A stretch of 64,000 bases of DNA from Malacoraja senta (GCA_038087875.1 CM075989.1:5332001-5396000); one strand, 5' to 3'. Counted from the stretch's first letter, positions 13,388-26,130 are shown. Translations and numbers: made by a program. The notes: generated by a model not told the origin, from the letters alone.

Positions 13388-15014
13388 CTAAGGAGAGACC
13401 AGGAAGATCACAGAGTGACACAGATACTCAATATTTGGCACAGGCAATAACAAAGAGAACCAGGCATCCAGGCACGGAAAACACAACTGCAACCAATCTC
13501 TTTATTACATCCAAATTAATTTTTTTAGTTTAAAGATACAATATAGAAACAGGCCCTTCAGCCACACCAACTTTATTTTAGACTTTACTTTAGAGATACA
13601 ACGTGGAAACAGGCCCTTCGGTCTACCAAGTCCGCATCAGTGATCACCCCGTACACTAGCACTATCCTACACACGTTAGGCACAATTTACAATTTACAGA
13701 AGCTAATTAACCCCAAAAAACTGCATGTCTTTGGAACGTGGAAGGAAACCGGAGCACCGGGAGGAAACCCACGTGGTCACAGGGAGGACGTGCAAACTCC
13801 ACACAGACAGCACCCATAGTCAGGATCGATCCTGCGTCTCCGGCGCTGCGAGGCAGCAGCTCTACCTGCTGCACCACTGTGCCGCCAAATTGTTTATCTC
13901 CAAGGCAGAAGATGATGTGATCAAATGATTTGGTTTACATTGAAAAGATGAACAGTTGTGTGAGATTTTAGAAAAATATTTTTTTTAATTCTTGGGTCGC
14001 TATGAGAAGAATGAGTTAGAATGACGGATGAAGAGTGTGAATGGCTTGCGTTGATATCACTGTTCCCAAAAACACAACTTTAAAAGCTTGAGAATAGACA
14101 CAAGGAACTACAGATGCTGGTTTACTAAAGAAAAGACACCAAGCTGGAATGGGTACGGAAAAGATTTACGAGGATGCTGCCTGGACTCGAGGGTCTGGGC
14201 TATAGGGAGAGGTTTAATTGGCTGGGACTATTTTGAGTGCATGGGTGATCTTATAGAGATGTATAAAATCATGAGAGGAATAGATCGTGTAGATGCACAG
14301 AATCGAGGACCAGAGCACATAGGTTTAAGGTGAAGGGAAAAATATTTAATTGGAATCTGAGGGGTAGCTTTTTCACACAAAGGTGGTGGATGAATGGAAC
14401 AAGCTGTCAGAGGAGAGAGTTGAGACAGGAACCATTGCAACAGTTAAGAAACTGTTAGACAGGTACATGGATAGGACAGGGTTTGGAGGGATATGCTCTA
14501 AATACAGGCAGATGGGACTAGTGTAGCTGGGACATGTTGGTCGGTGTGGGCAAGTTGGGACAAAGGGCCAGTTTCCACGCTGTATCACTTTATGACTAAG
14601 TGCTGGAGTAACTCAGCGAGTCAGACGGCATCTCTGGAGAAAATGGATAGGTGACGTTTCGTGTCGAGACCTTTCTTCTGACTGAGTATTCCAAGACACA
14701 ATCCTTCAAATGGAATCTGAAGGAGGTTCCCGACCCGAAAAGCTACCCACCCATGTTCTCCAGAGGTATTGCCTGACCCGCTTAGTTACTCCAGCACTTT
14801 GTGTTTTTTTTTTTAAAGCTTGAGATTGTGTTGTGAGTTGTACCTGATGATTCAGAAATCAGTGACCTTTGTTTGAGACCAGGAGAGAGGACACAAAAGA
14901 GAGGCCAGTGATCTGTAACTTGCTGAGTTTGGGGTGTTGGTTGGGGATATGGTGGGTGGACTGTAGAATGGAGGCATAAAAAAGAAATGTCTATGCCAGG
15001 CATTGCCTGATACA

Positions 15015-15766
15015 ATTTAAAGTATTACATAGGTTATACTACTCAAAGACCAAACTGAACAAGATCTTCCCAACTGTTTCTCCTCTTTGTGATAAATGTC
15101 ACTTTCAAGAAGCCACCCTCTCACACCTTTGTATCCTGTATAAAAACACAAAACTTCTGGACGGGAAATATTCAATATTATTTCTAAAACACTTAAAACC
15201 CCATTGGAGCCAGATCCAAAACTAATAATATTAGGAATGTCAGAGGGCTGCGCTAATCTAACGTTATTTCAAAGACGCTTCCTTGACTACGGTTTAATAA
15301 CTGCAAAAAAACGTATACTTAAATTCTGGAAAAAGATAACTGTCCCCACAGTGAAGATGTGGATTACAGAAATGACCGAGATACTACACCTAGAAAAAAT
15401 AAGGCTTGTCTTGACTGATAAACCAGATCATTTTTCAAAAATATGGTTTTCTTTTATTGAATTTCTTCAACACATAATGGTTGAATACAAACTCAAAACC
15501 GATGGTAGGGCTGTGTGAGCGGGTGTACGATAGGGTAGTTGGATATATCTCCGCTTCTTTTTCACCTTTTCTAATTCTGTTTTTTTTTCCTTGCTTTTTT
15601 TTCCTTCTCTTCTTTCTTTCCTTTTTGCTCTTTTTTCTTTCCTATCTCGTTAATAGTTTATAAAATGTTAAAACTGAAGCTGTACGAAAATTGTATAACT
15701 GCTATGTCGATCATTTTTTTTTTGTACAATTGCTTCTAACAAAAATAAAATAAAAAAATAAAAAAT
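15015..15766 (+). mobile_element. L1-clade LINE 3' fragment (ORF2 C-terminus, 3' UTR, A-rich tail)
   Basis: KLNKIFPTVSPLCDKCHFQEATLSH (zinc-knuckle region), then PLEPDPKLIILG...AKKRILKFWK...PTVKMWITEM...KIWFSFIEFL; T-rich UTR; AATAAA/poly(A) at 15740-15766. Confidence 0.8.
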
Positions 15767-16436
15767 GTCTGCAATAAGGTGCAGACTAAGAGGAAGTGGA
15801 CGCCACAGATTGTGTTGAATTAAACGTTAATGAAAAAGCAAAACATTGCGGCATTTTGAACTCACATCGAGATTAACTGGTTGGTGACTACCTGGTCTAT
15901 CTTGAGGAGCAGAGAGTTTAGAAATTGTTTAATAATGGAAAAATTGTAATGAATTGCAGACTGAATATGTGGTACAAAGTGCTGGAGTAACTCAGCGGGT
16001 TAGGCAGCCCTTTGGCCCATCGATCACCCCATGCATTAGCACAACCCTACACACACTAGGGAACTATTTACATTTTTTACTCATGCCAATTAACCTATGA
16101 ACCTGTACGTCTTTGGAGTGTGGGAGGAAACTGGAGTCCCCGGATTAAACCCAGGCGGTCACAGGGAGAACATGCAAGCTTCACATAGACAGCACAGAGG
16201 TCAGGATCGAACCCCGGGTTTTTGATACTGTGAGGCAGCGGCTTTACCAGCTGTGCCACTGTTGACTCCCTAATATATGATGTTAGACACTGAATTATCC
16301 TCACACCTACAGCCATGGACCCTGGAGTGCAATGACAGAAATAAATTGATAGGGATTTGCTCTTTTATTAACACCTGCACAAAGATGGTGCAGATTCCGT
16401 GATCATTTATTGGGATATGTTGGCAGCGAACTGGAT

Positions 16437-16745
16437 GGGTGGCACGGTGGGGCAGCGGTAGAGTTGCTGCCTTCCAGCGCCAGAGACCCGGGTTCAATCC
16501 CGACTACGGGTGCTGTCTGTACAGAGTTTGTACGTTCTCCCCTTGACCACGTGGGTTTTCTCTGGGTGCTCTGGTTTCCTCCCACACTCCAAAGACGTAC
16601 AGATTTGGAGGTTAATTGGCTTCGGTTAAAAATTGTGATTTGATCCTAGTGGGTAGGATAGTGCTAGTGTACGGGGTGATCACTGGTCAGCGTGGACTCG
16701 GTGGGCTGAAGGGCCTGTTTCCACGCTGCATCTCTAAAGTCTAAA
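16437..16745 (+). mobile_element. tRNA-derived V-SINE (HE1-like), full-length representative
   Basis: A box (GGTGGGGCAGCGGTAG), B box (GGTTCAATCC), V-domain (GGGTGCTCTGGTTTCCTCCCACA) and a LINE-derived tail GAAGGGCCTGTTTCC...CTCTAAA. More than 25 full or partial copies occur in the window. Confidence 0.88.
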
Positions 16746-17072
16746 TATGAAGCAACAGCTCTACCAGCATTAAAGCTTGAGTGCACTAAAAACAATGACA
16801 CCAACCTTCAGTGGAACTGAGTTCCAGAGCCATTTCAGTGCATCTGGGCTAATATTGAGTCCATGTGCGAGAGAATGAATTTCTATGCAGTGGGGCTTAG
16901 AGTACATGTGTGGACTATGTAAGTATGTTGATTGAATGTTTTCATGATCACACATTGATTTCAAGGAACTGAATGCCACGATGGGAACAAAATGAGCAGG
17001 CTCTCGTCCGGCAACAACTTTCTCCTTTCAATCTCCCTGTCATCGTGACTGGCACGAGAATGATGAGGATAA

Positions 17073-17422
17073 AGGGCCTGTCCCACTTTCCCGAGTTATT
17101 CACGAACTCTCCCGAGTTTTCAAACTCGCAGAATGTTCGTAACGAGTCCGTAGGAGTCCGTGGATATATCGTAGCGGCTCGTTATGCCGGCTGTAGGTAC
17201 TCGGGGCTATTTCTTTGCTCGTGGACATTTTTCATCGGGCCGAAAAAACGTCCCGACTTACCTGATGCCCCGAGTACCTACGGCTGGCATAACGAGCCGC
17301 TACGATATATCCACGGACACCTACGGACTCGTTCCGAACATTCTGCGGGTTTGAAAACTCGGGAGAATTTGTGAATAACTCAGGAGAATTCGTGAATAAC
17401 TCGGGAAAGTGGGGCAGGCCCT
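17073..17422. mobile_element. PIF/Harbinger-like MITE
   Basis: TIR AGGGCCTGTCCCACTTTCCCGAGTTATTCACGAA; perfect TAA target-site duplication. Confidence 0.85.
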
Positions 17423-18698
17423 TAACTATTTACCTGTCACACACTGCTGATCAGGCAACCGACAATGAAATAAACCGGCATCCCTCAACAAAGAGTAAAT
17501 AAAGACAGGCACAAAGTGCCGGAGGAACTCAGCGGATCAGGCAGCATCTCTGGAGAAAAAGGATGGGTGAGGTTTCGGGTGGGGACCCTTCTTCAGACAT
17601 CCTTTTTCTCCGAGTTGCTGCCTGACCCACTGAGTTACTCCAGCACTTTGTGTCTATCTTTGGTATAAATCATCTTTGTTTCTACAAAGTGTAAGTAAAC
17701 GCTGAACACAGAAACAGGCCCTTCAGCCCACAATGTCCGTGCCAAACATGATGCCAAGTTCAACTAATCTCCTCTGCCTGCATGAGATCCATATCCCTCC
17801 ATTCCCTGCATATCCGTGTGCCTATCGAAAAACCTCTTAAATACCACTATCACATCTGTCTCCAACACCACCCCATTCAATGGAGGCCAATTCACTGGAT
17901 GTTTTCAAGAGAGTTAGATTTAGCTCTTAGGGCTAATGGAATCAAGGGATATGGGGAAAAAGCACGGGAGAGGCATTGATTTTGGATGATCAGCCATCAT
18001 CATGTTGAATGGCCTACTCCTGCAATATACTCTGCACATCTTCTTGAAACTTTGGTCCTCTCATCTTACAGCTATGCCCTCCAGTCCTTGACATTTCCTC
18101 CTTGGGACAAAGGGTTCTCTGTCTACCCTTTCTATGCCTTTTATAGTTTTATACATTCCTAACAGGGCCCTCAAACTCCGGCATTCCAGAGAAAACAACC
18201 CAAGCTTGTCTAACCTTCCTTATGTAATACTCTTGAATCCAGGCATCATTCTGGTAAATCTCTTCTGCATTCTTTCCAAAACCTCCACATCTTTCCTGCA
18301 ATGGGCAACTAGACTGTACATAAATCAAATGCGACCCAACAAAAAGCCTCCAAAGGTGCAACATGACTTCCTGACTCTTCTACTCAATGGCCCGACTGAT
18401 GAAGGCAAGCATACCATGAGCCTCCTCTACCACGCTATCTACTAGTGCAGCCACTTTCAGGGAGCTATGGACTTGGAGCTCAGAATCCCTCTGGACATCA
18501 ATGCTTTTAAGGGTCTTGCCATGAACTGTATACTTTCCTCTTGAATTCAACCTCTGAAAATGTAATTAGAGTATACAGATATCCCACCGGTTAAAAACAC
18601 AATCTATTTTCAGTGTCTTTTGGTACAGAATTTGCCACACTCCGATCGTGATTAAAAATGGTACCTAGGAGGAGAATGTGAGTCAAAGTGCTTAGTAC

Positions 18699-21068
18699 CT
18701 TCTTCCGTCGTGGGCTCATCGACAATTGCCACAGTATCGGGTGAGATTTGAGGCGGAATTGTTGAGAGGAGGACAGGTGTGGCAGGTGTAACTGCTAGGA
18801 CCTCCACAGTCTCTGGATGTTCTTCGGCCGTTGAGCTGTCTATTGATACTGAAGAAACCTCATCACTTTCACGCTGAGCTTCTTCGGGCAGTTTGACTTC
18901 TACATGGGTTGTTTCCACCTCCGTCTGTCTTGCAATGGAAGCATCTGTAACACCAGGTGCTATGGGGACGGGCATAACCGAGGGTTCAGCAGTAACGTCG
19001 GGAGCTCCTGAAGGCTCTTCATCCTCTTCAGGTTCTTTGCTAATGTCCATGATTCTCGAAGTAAAGATTGTCTGGGAAACTCCGGAAGGTTCGCCGCTAA
19101 CCTCGTCTGGTTTTCCAGTGACGTCCAGCTCTCCGCTCACAACTGGAGTCCCAGATGGTTCCCCACTTATGTCCGGAATGCCAGACGCCACACCGCTGAC
19201 TTCAGGAATACCAGATGGCTCACCACTAGTATCTGGAATACCGGATGGGATCTCATGTATCTCAGGAACCCCGGATGACTCCCCACTTATGTCGGGAATG
19301 CCGGATGGGATCCCACTCATCACATCAAGCCCCGATGACTCTCCGCTTATATCAGGAATGCCGGATGGACTCCCACTAATCTCAGGCAGCCCAGAGGACT
19401 CCCCGCTTAGATCAGGAATACCAGATGTAATCCCACTTATCTCACTAACCCCGGATAGCTCCCCACTTATGTCGGGAATGCCGGATGCTTCTGCGGATAT
19501 TTCAGGGATCCCAGAAGGCTCCCCACTGGTGTCAGGAATATGTTCTTCAATCGGCCCCTTCCCCACCTCTACAAACTCAGTGGGCATTGTTGGGTACTGC
19601 TGGTCCTCTGTCGTAATGAGGACCACCCGAATCCCCGAAGCTTCACCACTTACATCCACAGCTTCCAACTTCTCCCCACTGCTCTCCGGCATTCCAGAAG
19701 GTTCCCCACTAATGTCGGGTATTCCAGAAGGTTCCCCACTAATATCAGGTATTCCAGAAGGTTCCCCACTAATGTCAGGTATTCCAGAAGGTTCTCCACT
19801 TAGATCAGATATTCCAGAAGGTTCTCCACTTAGATCAGATATTCCAGAAGGTTCTCCACTCAGATCAGATATTCCAGAAGGTTCTCCACTTAGATCAGGT
19901 ATTCCAGAAGGTTCTCCACTTAGATCAGATATTCCAGAAGGTTCTCCACTTATATCCAATATTCCAGAAGATTCTCCACTTAGATCAGGCATTCCAGAAG
20001 GTTCTCCACTAAAATCAGGCATTCCGGAAAATTCCCCACTGATATCAGGTATTCCAGAAGGTTCCCCACTTATATCCAATATTCCGGAAGATTCTCCACT
20101 GACATCTGGAATTCCAGAAGGTTCCCCACTAATGTCAGGTATTCCAGAAGGTTCCTCACTTAGATCAGGTATTCCGGAAGGTTCCCCACTAATGTCAGGT
20201 ATTCCAGAAGGTTCTCCACTTAAATCAGGTATTCCAGAAGGTTCTCCACTTATATCCAATATTCCAGAAGATTCTCCACTTATATCAGGTATTCCAGAAG
20301 GTTCCCCACTAACATCTGGAATTCCAGAAGGTTCCCCACTAATGTCAGGTATTCCCGAAGGCTCTCCACTTACATCTGGTATTCCAGAAGGTTCTCCACT
20401 TATGTCGGGTATTCCAGAAGGTTCTCCACTTAGATCAGGTATTCCGGAAGGTTCTCCACTTATATCCAATATTCCAGAAGATTCTCCACTAACATCTGGA
20501 ATTCCAGAAGGTTCTCCACTTATGTCAGGTATTCCAGAAGGTTCTCCACTAACATCTGGAATTCCAGAAGGTTCTCCACTTATGTCGGGTATTCCAGAAG
20601 GTTCTCCACTAACATCTGGAATTCCAGAAGGTTCTCCACTTATATCAGGTATTCCAGAAGGTTCTCCACTAACATCGGGTATTCCAGAAGGTTCTCCACT
20701 AACATCTGGAATTCCAGAAGGTTCTCCACTAACATCTGGAATTCCAGAAGGTTCTCCACTAACATCTGGAATTCCAGAAGGTTCTCCACTTATGTCAGGT
20801 ATTCCAGAAGGTTCTCCACTAACATCGGGTATTCCAGAAGGTTCTCCACTAACATCTGGAATTCCAGAAGGTTCTCCACTAACATCTGGAATTCCAGAAG
20901 GTTCTCCACTTATGTCGGGTATTCCAGAAGGTTCTCCACTTATGTCGGGTATTCCAGAAGGTTCTCCACTAATACCCGGTATTCCAGAAGGCAGTCCACT
21001 AATATCAGGTATTCCAGAAGGTTCCCCGCTCACTTCAGCTTCTGGCAGAGGCGTTACATCAGCAGATC
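18699..21068 (-). CDS. ACAN: Aggrecan exon 12: chondroitin-sulfate attachment region, about 120 Ser-Gly dipeptides by hand count
   Basis: 2370-nt (790-codon) open phase 1-1 exon with (SGEPSGIPD[I/V/L])n repeats; tttcttccAG acceptor, GAAG|GTACTA donor. Confidence 0.93.
19681..21030 (-). repeat. Coding 30-bp minisatellite, about 45 units (plus-strand core ATTCCAGAAGGTTCTCCACT plus a variable 10-mer); diverged units continue at about 19080-19540
   Basis: Exact 30-nt periodicity is visible line by line; each unit encodes a decapeptide with two Ser-Gly motifs. Confidence 0.97.
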
Positions 21069-22149
21069 CTGGAAGAAAATACAAAAGGAATCTTAAATCG
21101 CAGGCAAAATGCAGAGCAAACATTGCTTATTTGGACAGCATTCTAGATCCTCATACTTGTGAAGATATACCAAAAACATTCTCACCTGCATCCTTCATGT
21201 CATAGATATTTAAAAATAAGGATTACTTGAACATACTTTGCAATGAACTATTCTTACACCTTATGTTCTATCTTATACCCTCCAGAAAGACATTAGTGAC
21301 CTGGTGCACACCAGGAATAACCTTCAGCGAGATTGAACCAAATGGAGTGAAAGGGGACTAGCCCTGAATGATAACTTGGTTGGTATGGACAAGTTGGGCT
21401 GAAGGGCCTGTTTCCATGTTGAATGGCTGTATGAATCAATTGATCTGATCCAACTACAAGCTCAAGACCACGCACCCGACTCACATCCTTTAGCACTTGG
21501 CATTTAGCACATCCTTTAGCTAAATCAAGGGATATGGGGAAAAAAGCAGGAACCAGGTACTGATTTTGGATGATCAGCCATGATCATATTGAATGGCTCG
21601 AAGGGCCGAATGGCCTAGTCCTGCACCTATTTTCCATGTTTCTATGTTTCTCTGTTTCTATCCCCCTTCTCCTATCACTGTCCCTAAGGCAAGATAACAC
21701 CAGCTTCAATACGATAGAACATTATTTATCCCCGGAGGGAAAAATAAAGTTATATCGTATCGTATCGTATATCATTATCATGTCTTGGTCTGGTGTCTTG
21801 TCTTAGTCTTACTCTGTCTTATCTTGTCCGGTGTTATCTATACCAGGGGCACTGTTAGTTATTAGTCCGAAGGGGGGGCTGCCATATCCAGCCCAACTCA
21901 AAACAGGCTCTGTTAATTCATCTATTTCTTGGCCCATTGTTCAAGTTCATCAATGATAAGAATTAGGCCATTTGGCCCATCAAGACTTGATGGGCCGAAT
22001 GGCCTAATTCTTATCATTGATGAACATGAACAATGGGCCAACAATGGGTCAATCATGGCTGTCCATCTCCCCCCTCCTAACCCCATCCTCCTGCCTTCTC
22101 CCCATAACCCCTGACACCCCTACTAACCATAGGTGAGAGAGCTCCAACT

Positions 22150-22535
22150 TTCTCATATTTCTACAGATGCACCGCAGAAAGCATTTTATCAGGATGCATC
22201 ACAGCATGCTTTGGGTACAGCTCCATCCAAGGCCGCAAGAAATTGCAGAGAATTGTGGACGCAGCCCAGACCATCACGCAAACCAACCTCCCTTCCATTG
22301 ACTCCATCTACACCTCACGCTGCCTCGGCAAGGCCAGCAGCATAATCAAGGACCAGTCACACCCCGGCCACTCCCTCTTCTCCTCTCTCCCATCAGGCAA
22401 AAGGTATAGAGATGTGTATCAGTACACTGTGCACGGCTCGATTGTAATCATGTGTTGTCTTTCTGCCGACTGGTTAGCACGCAACAAAAGCTTTTCACTG
22501 TACCTCGGTACACGTGACAATAAACTAAACTTAAA
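22150..22535 (+). mobile_element. Rex1/Babar-like LINE 3' fragment
   Basis: LQRIVDAAQTITQTNLPSIDSIYTSRCLGKASSIIKDQSHPGHSLFSSLPSGKRYR plus a 3' end with CACGTGACAATAAACTAAAC. Related pieces lie near 3075-3380, 11330-11595, 26385-26630(-), 34560-35180, 35290-36270, 38720-38930, 46070-46460 and 47190-47560(-). Confidence 0.7.
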
Positions 22536-23047
22536 CAAAAAAAATATGGTGACAGTTTATGCTCCATCATTCTTTCAGGCACTGAGTTTCAGATACCTCA
22601 TCAAATCTATTCTCCAGAGACACAGTGCTCTCTGTAAGAAAATTACGTCCTTCCTCTTATAAGTTCACGTGACAGGAGCAGAATTAGGCCATTCGGCCCA
22701 TCAAGTCTACCCTGCCATTCAATCGTGGCTGATCTATCCTTCCCTCTCAACCCCATTCTCCTGCCTTTTCCCCATAATTCTTCACATCGGTTCCAATCAA
22801 CAATCTATCTATCTCTGCCTTAAAAATAACCATCGACTTAGCCTCCACAGCTTTCTGTGGCAATGAATTCCACAGATTCACCATCTTGTCTCAACCTCCC
22901 CTCATTTTAAGTACCTCGATTACATTCCCCTTCAGTCTTTAACGTTATAGCTGGCGGGCACCTTTAGAAATGAAGGGATGGATTTGGAGATATATAACAT
23001 GCAGCATGTTAATGGTGGACAGTTCAGTTACTCTAACATTGGGTGCT

Positions 23048-23621
23048 TAGACAATAGACAATAGACAATAGACAATAGGTGCAGGAGTAAGCCATTTGGC
23101 CCTTCGAGCCAGCACCGCCATTCAATGTGATCATGGCTGATCATCCACAATTAGTACCCTGTTCCTGCCTTCTCTCCATATCCCTTAACTCCACTATCCC
23201 TAAGAGCTCTATCTAACACTCTCTTGAAAGTATCCAGAGAACCAGCCTCCACTGCCCTCTGAGGCAGAGAATTCCACACACTCACAACTCTCTGTGTGAA
23301 AAAGTTTTTCCTCATCTCCCTTCTAAATGGCTTACCACTTATTCTTAAACTATGGCCCCTGGTTCTGGATTCCCCCAACATCGAGAACATGTTTCCTGCC
23401 TCTAGCGTGTCCAAACCCTTAATAATCTTATATGTTTCAATAAGATCCCATCTCATCCTTCTAAACTCCAGAGTGTACAAGCCCAGCCGCTCCAATCTAT
23501 CAGCATATGACAGTCCCGCCAACCCGGGAATTAACCTCGTTGATCTACGCTGCACTCCCTCAATAGCAAGAATGTCCTTCCTCATGTTTGGAGACCAAAA
23601 CTGCACACAATACTCCAGGTG
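23048..23621 (-). mobile_element. CR1-clade LINE 3' fragment
   Basis: ORF 23151-23663 carries the same CR1 C-terminus; (TAGACAA)n tail at 23048-23077. Confidence 0.9.
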
Positions 23622-23632
23622 CTTAGCGGTAA

Positions 23633-23951
23633 TGGCCCTGTCCCACTGTACAAGTTCTTTCAAGTGCTCTCCCGAGTTTAAAAAAAAATCAAACTCGTGA
23701 TAAGCACGTAAAATGAACGTAGCAGGTACGTCGGAGCTCGGGGACGTCTCTTAGCGGCTCGTAACGCTAATGGCAGGTACTCAGGAAACGCGGTAAGCTC
23801 GGGAAGACTCGTGAAGATTTTTCAACATGTTGAAAAATGTCCACGAGAGCCCCGAGTACCGACGAGCGGCCATTACCGTAAATCTCCGAGTTCGAATCAG
23901 GGCAAACTCGGGCGAACTCTTTGAATGAACTCGTACCGTGGGACAGGGCTT
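23633..23951. mobile_element. PIF/Harbinger-like MITE (same subfamily as 4451-4782)
   Basis: Nearly collinear with 4451-4782; ends GTGGGACAGGGC; about 50 bp from the exon 11 donor. Confidence 0.8.
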
Positions 23952-23999
23952 TCTAGCTTGATCAATACCATCACCCTGCCTTTCCCTCAACAAACTCAC

Positions 24000-24359
24000 C
24001 GGGTTCTGCTGTGGGTGTTGCCGATGGAAAGACAGTTCCAGCCTCTTCGGTTGTGATGTACAGATCTGGCATGGCTCCTGTGGTGGGCTCAGAAGCCTGG
24101 GGTGCTGTCGATGCTTCAGGGGGCAAGACCGCCACATGCGGTACCACCTGGGTTGCTATGGTCTCTTCAATCAAACCCATGGTGGCTGTGGGCAGCTCAG
24201 TGGTCTCCTTGACGAAGAGATCGGTTCTGCCTTGCTCCGCTTCCTCAGGCCGCACGGTCCTGGCAACCTCGGGAGTCCACGTGACTTCCTCCACCAGGAC
24301 CACAGGCACTGTCAGCTTCACCACCGCTGGCTCCTCCGTCACCACAGGGACAACGGTCT
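24000..24359 (-). CDS. ACAN: Aggrecan exon 11: T/E/P/V-rich keratan-sulfate-like region
   Basis: 360-nt open phase 1-1 exon (ETVVPVVTEEPAVV...FPSATPTAEP) in the expected position; gttttAG acceptor, G|GTGAGT donor. Confidence 0.85.
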
Positions 24360-24819
24360 CTAAAACAAGCCAACAGAAATTCGGAAGATCAATAGTTGAA
24401 GCATTAATACAGAAAAACAGGGCGGCACGGTGGCGCAGCTGGTAGAACTGCTGCCTCACAGCGCCAGGGACCCGGGTTCGGTCCCGACCTACTACCTCAC
24501 TGCGCCGGAGACCAGGGTTCGATCCTGACCTCAGGTGCTGTCTATGTGGAGTTCGCACGTTCTCCCTTTGAGAATATGGCAATAAAACACTCTTGACCCT
24601 TGACTCTTGTTCCATACACCCGCCACCCTTTGTGTGAAAAAGTGACCCCTCAGGTTCCTACTAAATCTATAATTGAATTGATCAGACAGGGCTCGCTCCG
24701 TAGATTGTTGGGATGAAGAATATGTTGAATGTGGAGAGACTGAGCAGAGTGTGGATTTGTGAGGAGGGTCTGGAGAATGGTGCAAGGGACATTGGCATGG
24801 TTCTGTGGCTCTGTGGCGA

Positions 24820-25330
24820 ATGGTTCTGTGTAGCTCTGATTTACGGGCTGTTCCCAGAGACACACTTGGAGACATATATCGTGCTGCCGGAAACACCTTC
24901 AGCTCGGTGAAAGACGCTCTTTGGTCAGCTGGGACTTTGTTGGCCTCCCAACGGAGCGAGATGTCCATCGGGGAATGTTGCCGACTGGCCCGCTCCAGAC
25001 TGCAGGAGTACGCGCTGAGGGACGCGCTGAAGCTCGGTGCGGCCAATGCCGAGGCTCTGTGGGGGAGGAGGACCACAGTCTAGGGTCCTTCCGCTGCTGG
25101 ACAATGGGGGGCAGAGTCCGGTGGAGACGCCCCTCAAACAAGCGAAGGGATATCACCCCAGGCATGCTGAAGCAGGGCCACAAGAGTGGCAAGGGTGAAT
25201 TGTGTAAAGAAAAAGGGAGTTGTTAACACTACTGAGTATGACATTGAATGTATTGAATGTAACAAAGATTGTGTGAAAAGTTTTGGCAAGGTTTTGTTTT
25301 GTATAGATTTTTAAATTGAGAATATTAAAG
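24820..25330 (+). mobile_element. Tx1-clade LINE ORF2 C-terminal fragment
   Basis: LIYGLFPETHLETYI, a frameshift, then SVKDALWSAGTLL...ECCRLARSRLQEYALRDALKLGAANAEALWGRRTTV*, matching recalled Tx1-type C-termini. Confidence 0.75.
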
Positions 25331-26130
25331 GCACAGTCGTACAGCGGTAGAGTTGCTGCCTCACAGCGCCAGAGACCTGGGTTCGATCCTGACTACTGGT
25401 GCTGTCTGTACGGAGTTTGTACTTTCTCCCAATGACCTGCGTGGGTTTTCTCCAAGATCTTCAGTTTCCTCCCACACTCCAAAGACATACAGGTTTGTAG
25501 GTTAATAGGCTTGGTATAAATGTATCAATGTAAAATTGTCGCAAGTGTGTGTAGGATAGTGTTCGTGTGCGGGGATCGCTGGTCGGCGCGGACTCAGTGG
25601 GTCGAATGGCCTGTTTCCACGCTGTATCTCTAAACTAAACTCAACTGAAATAAAGTTTATTTTTGAAAATAATAAAGTATTGGTTGATGGAGTTCATAAG
25701 AATAAGTGTTGATGTCCTTGAGACATATAAGATTCTGTGGGTGCTGAACAATGAGAGGGTGTTTCCATGGGGGAGCCATGTAGAAATAGGAAGCACAGTC
25801 CCAAGGCAAGTGGAGGCCCATTCAAGGCAGGAGTTTCTTCCATCAGAGGGTGAAGAGTCAAGGATCAAGGGTGTTTAATTGTTATCTGTACTGACAACAG
25901 AACAATGATATTCTCACTGGCTGCAGCTTAACAACACTGTAGACACAATACATAACCATATAACCATATAACAATTACAGCACGGAAACATGTAGCTAGG
26001 ATATAAGAAACAAAAAAATCAATAACCTAACATCAACTATACGAGTGCAACTGAACAGCAACCCAAGGCAGCCCATAGAATTTCATAGACACAAAATGCT
26101 GGAGTAACTCAGCGGGACTTCATAGTGTTA

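Noticed and set aside
16403..16643. Many recurring 60-130 aa ORFs such as HGGAAVELLP..., VTGRTYKLRTDST... and KKGLDPKRHPFLLSRDAA
   Set aside because: They are translations of SINE and Penelope pseudo-LTR copies, not genes.
19540..19600. TEFVEV-GKGPIEE as a homologue of a CS2 aggrecanase site
   Set aside because: The resemblance to SELE/GRGTI is loose and the P1 residue is not Glu; too weak to call without an alignment.
19681..21030. CRISPR-like appearance (constant 20-mer alternating with a variable 10-mer)
   Set aside because: The variable parts are only 10 nt and are variants of each other; the array is an in-frame coding minisatellite in a vertebrate gene with no cas genes.
18893..21205. 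770-aa plus-strand ORF antisense to exon 12
   Set aside because: It is the shadow of a stop-free 30-bp repeat, has no domain of its own, and the minus frame has splice sites and fits aggrecan. The same applies to the antisense ORFs over exons 7, 10 and 11.
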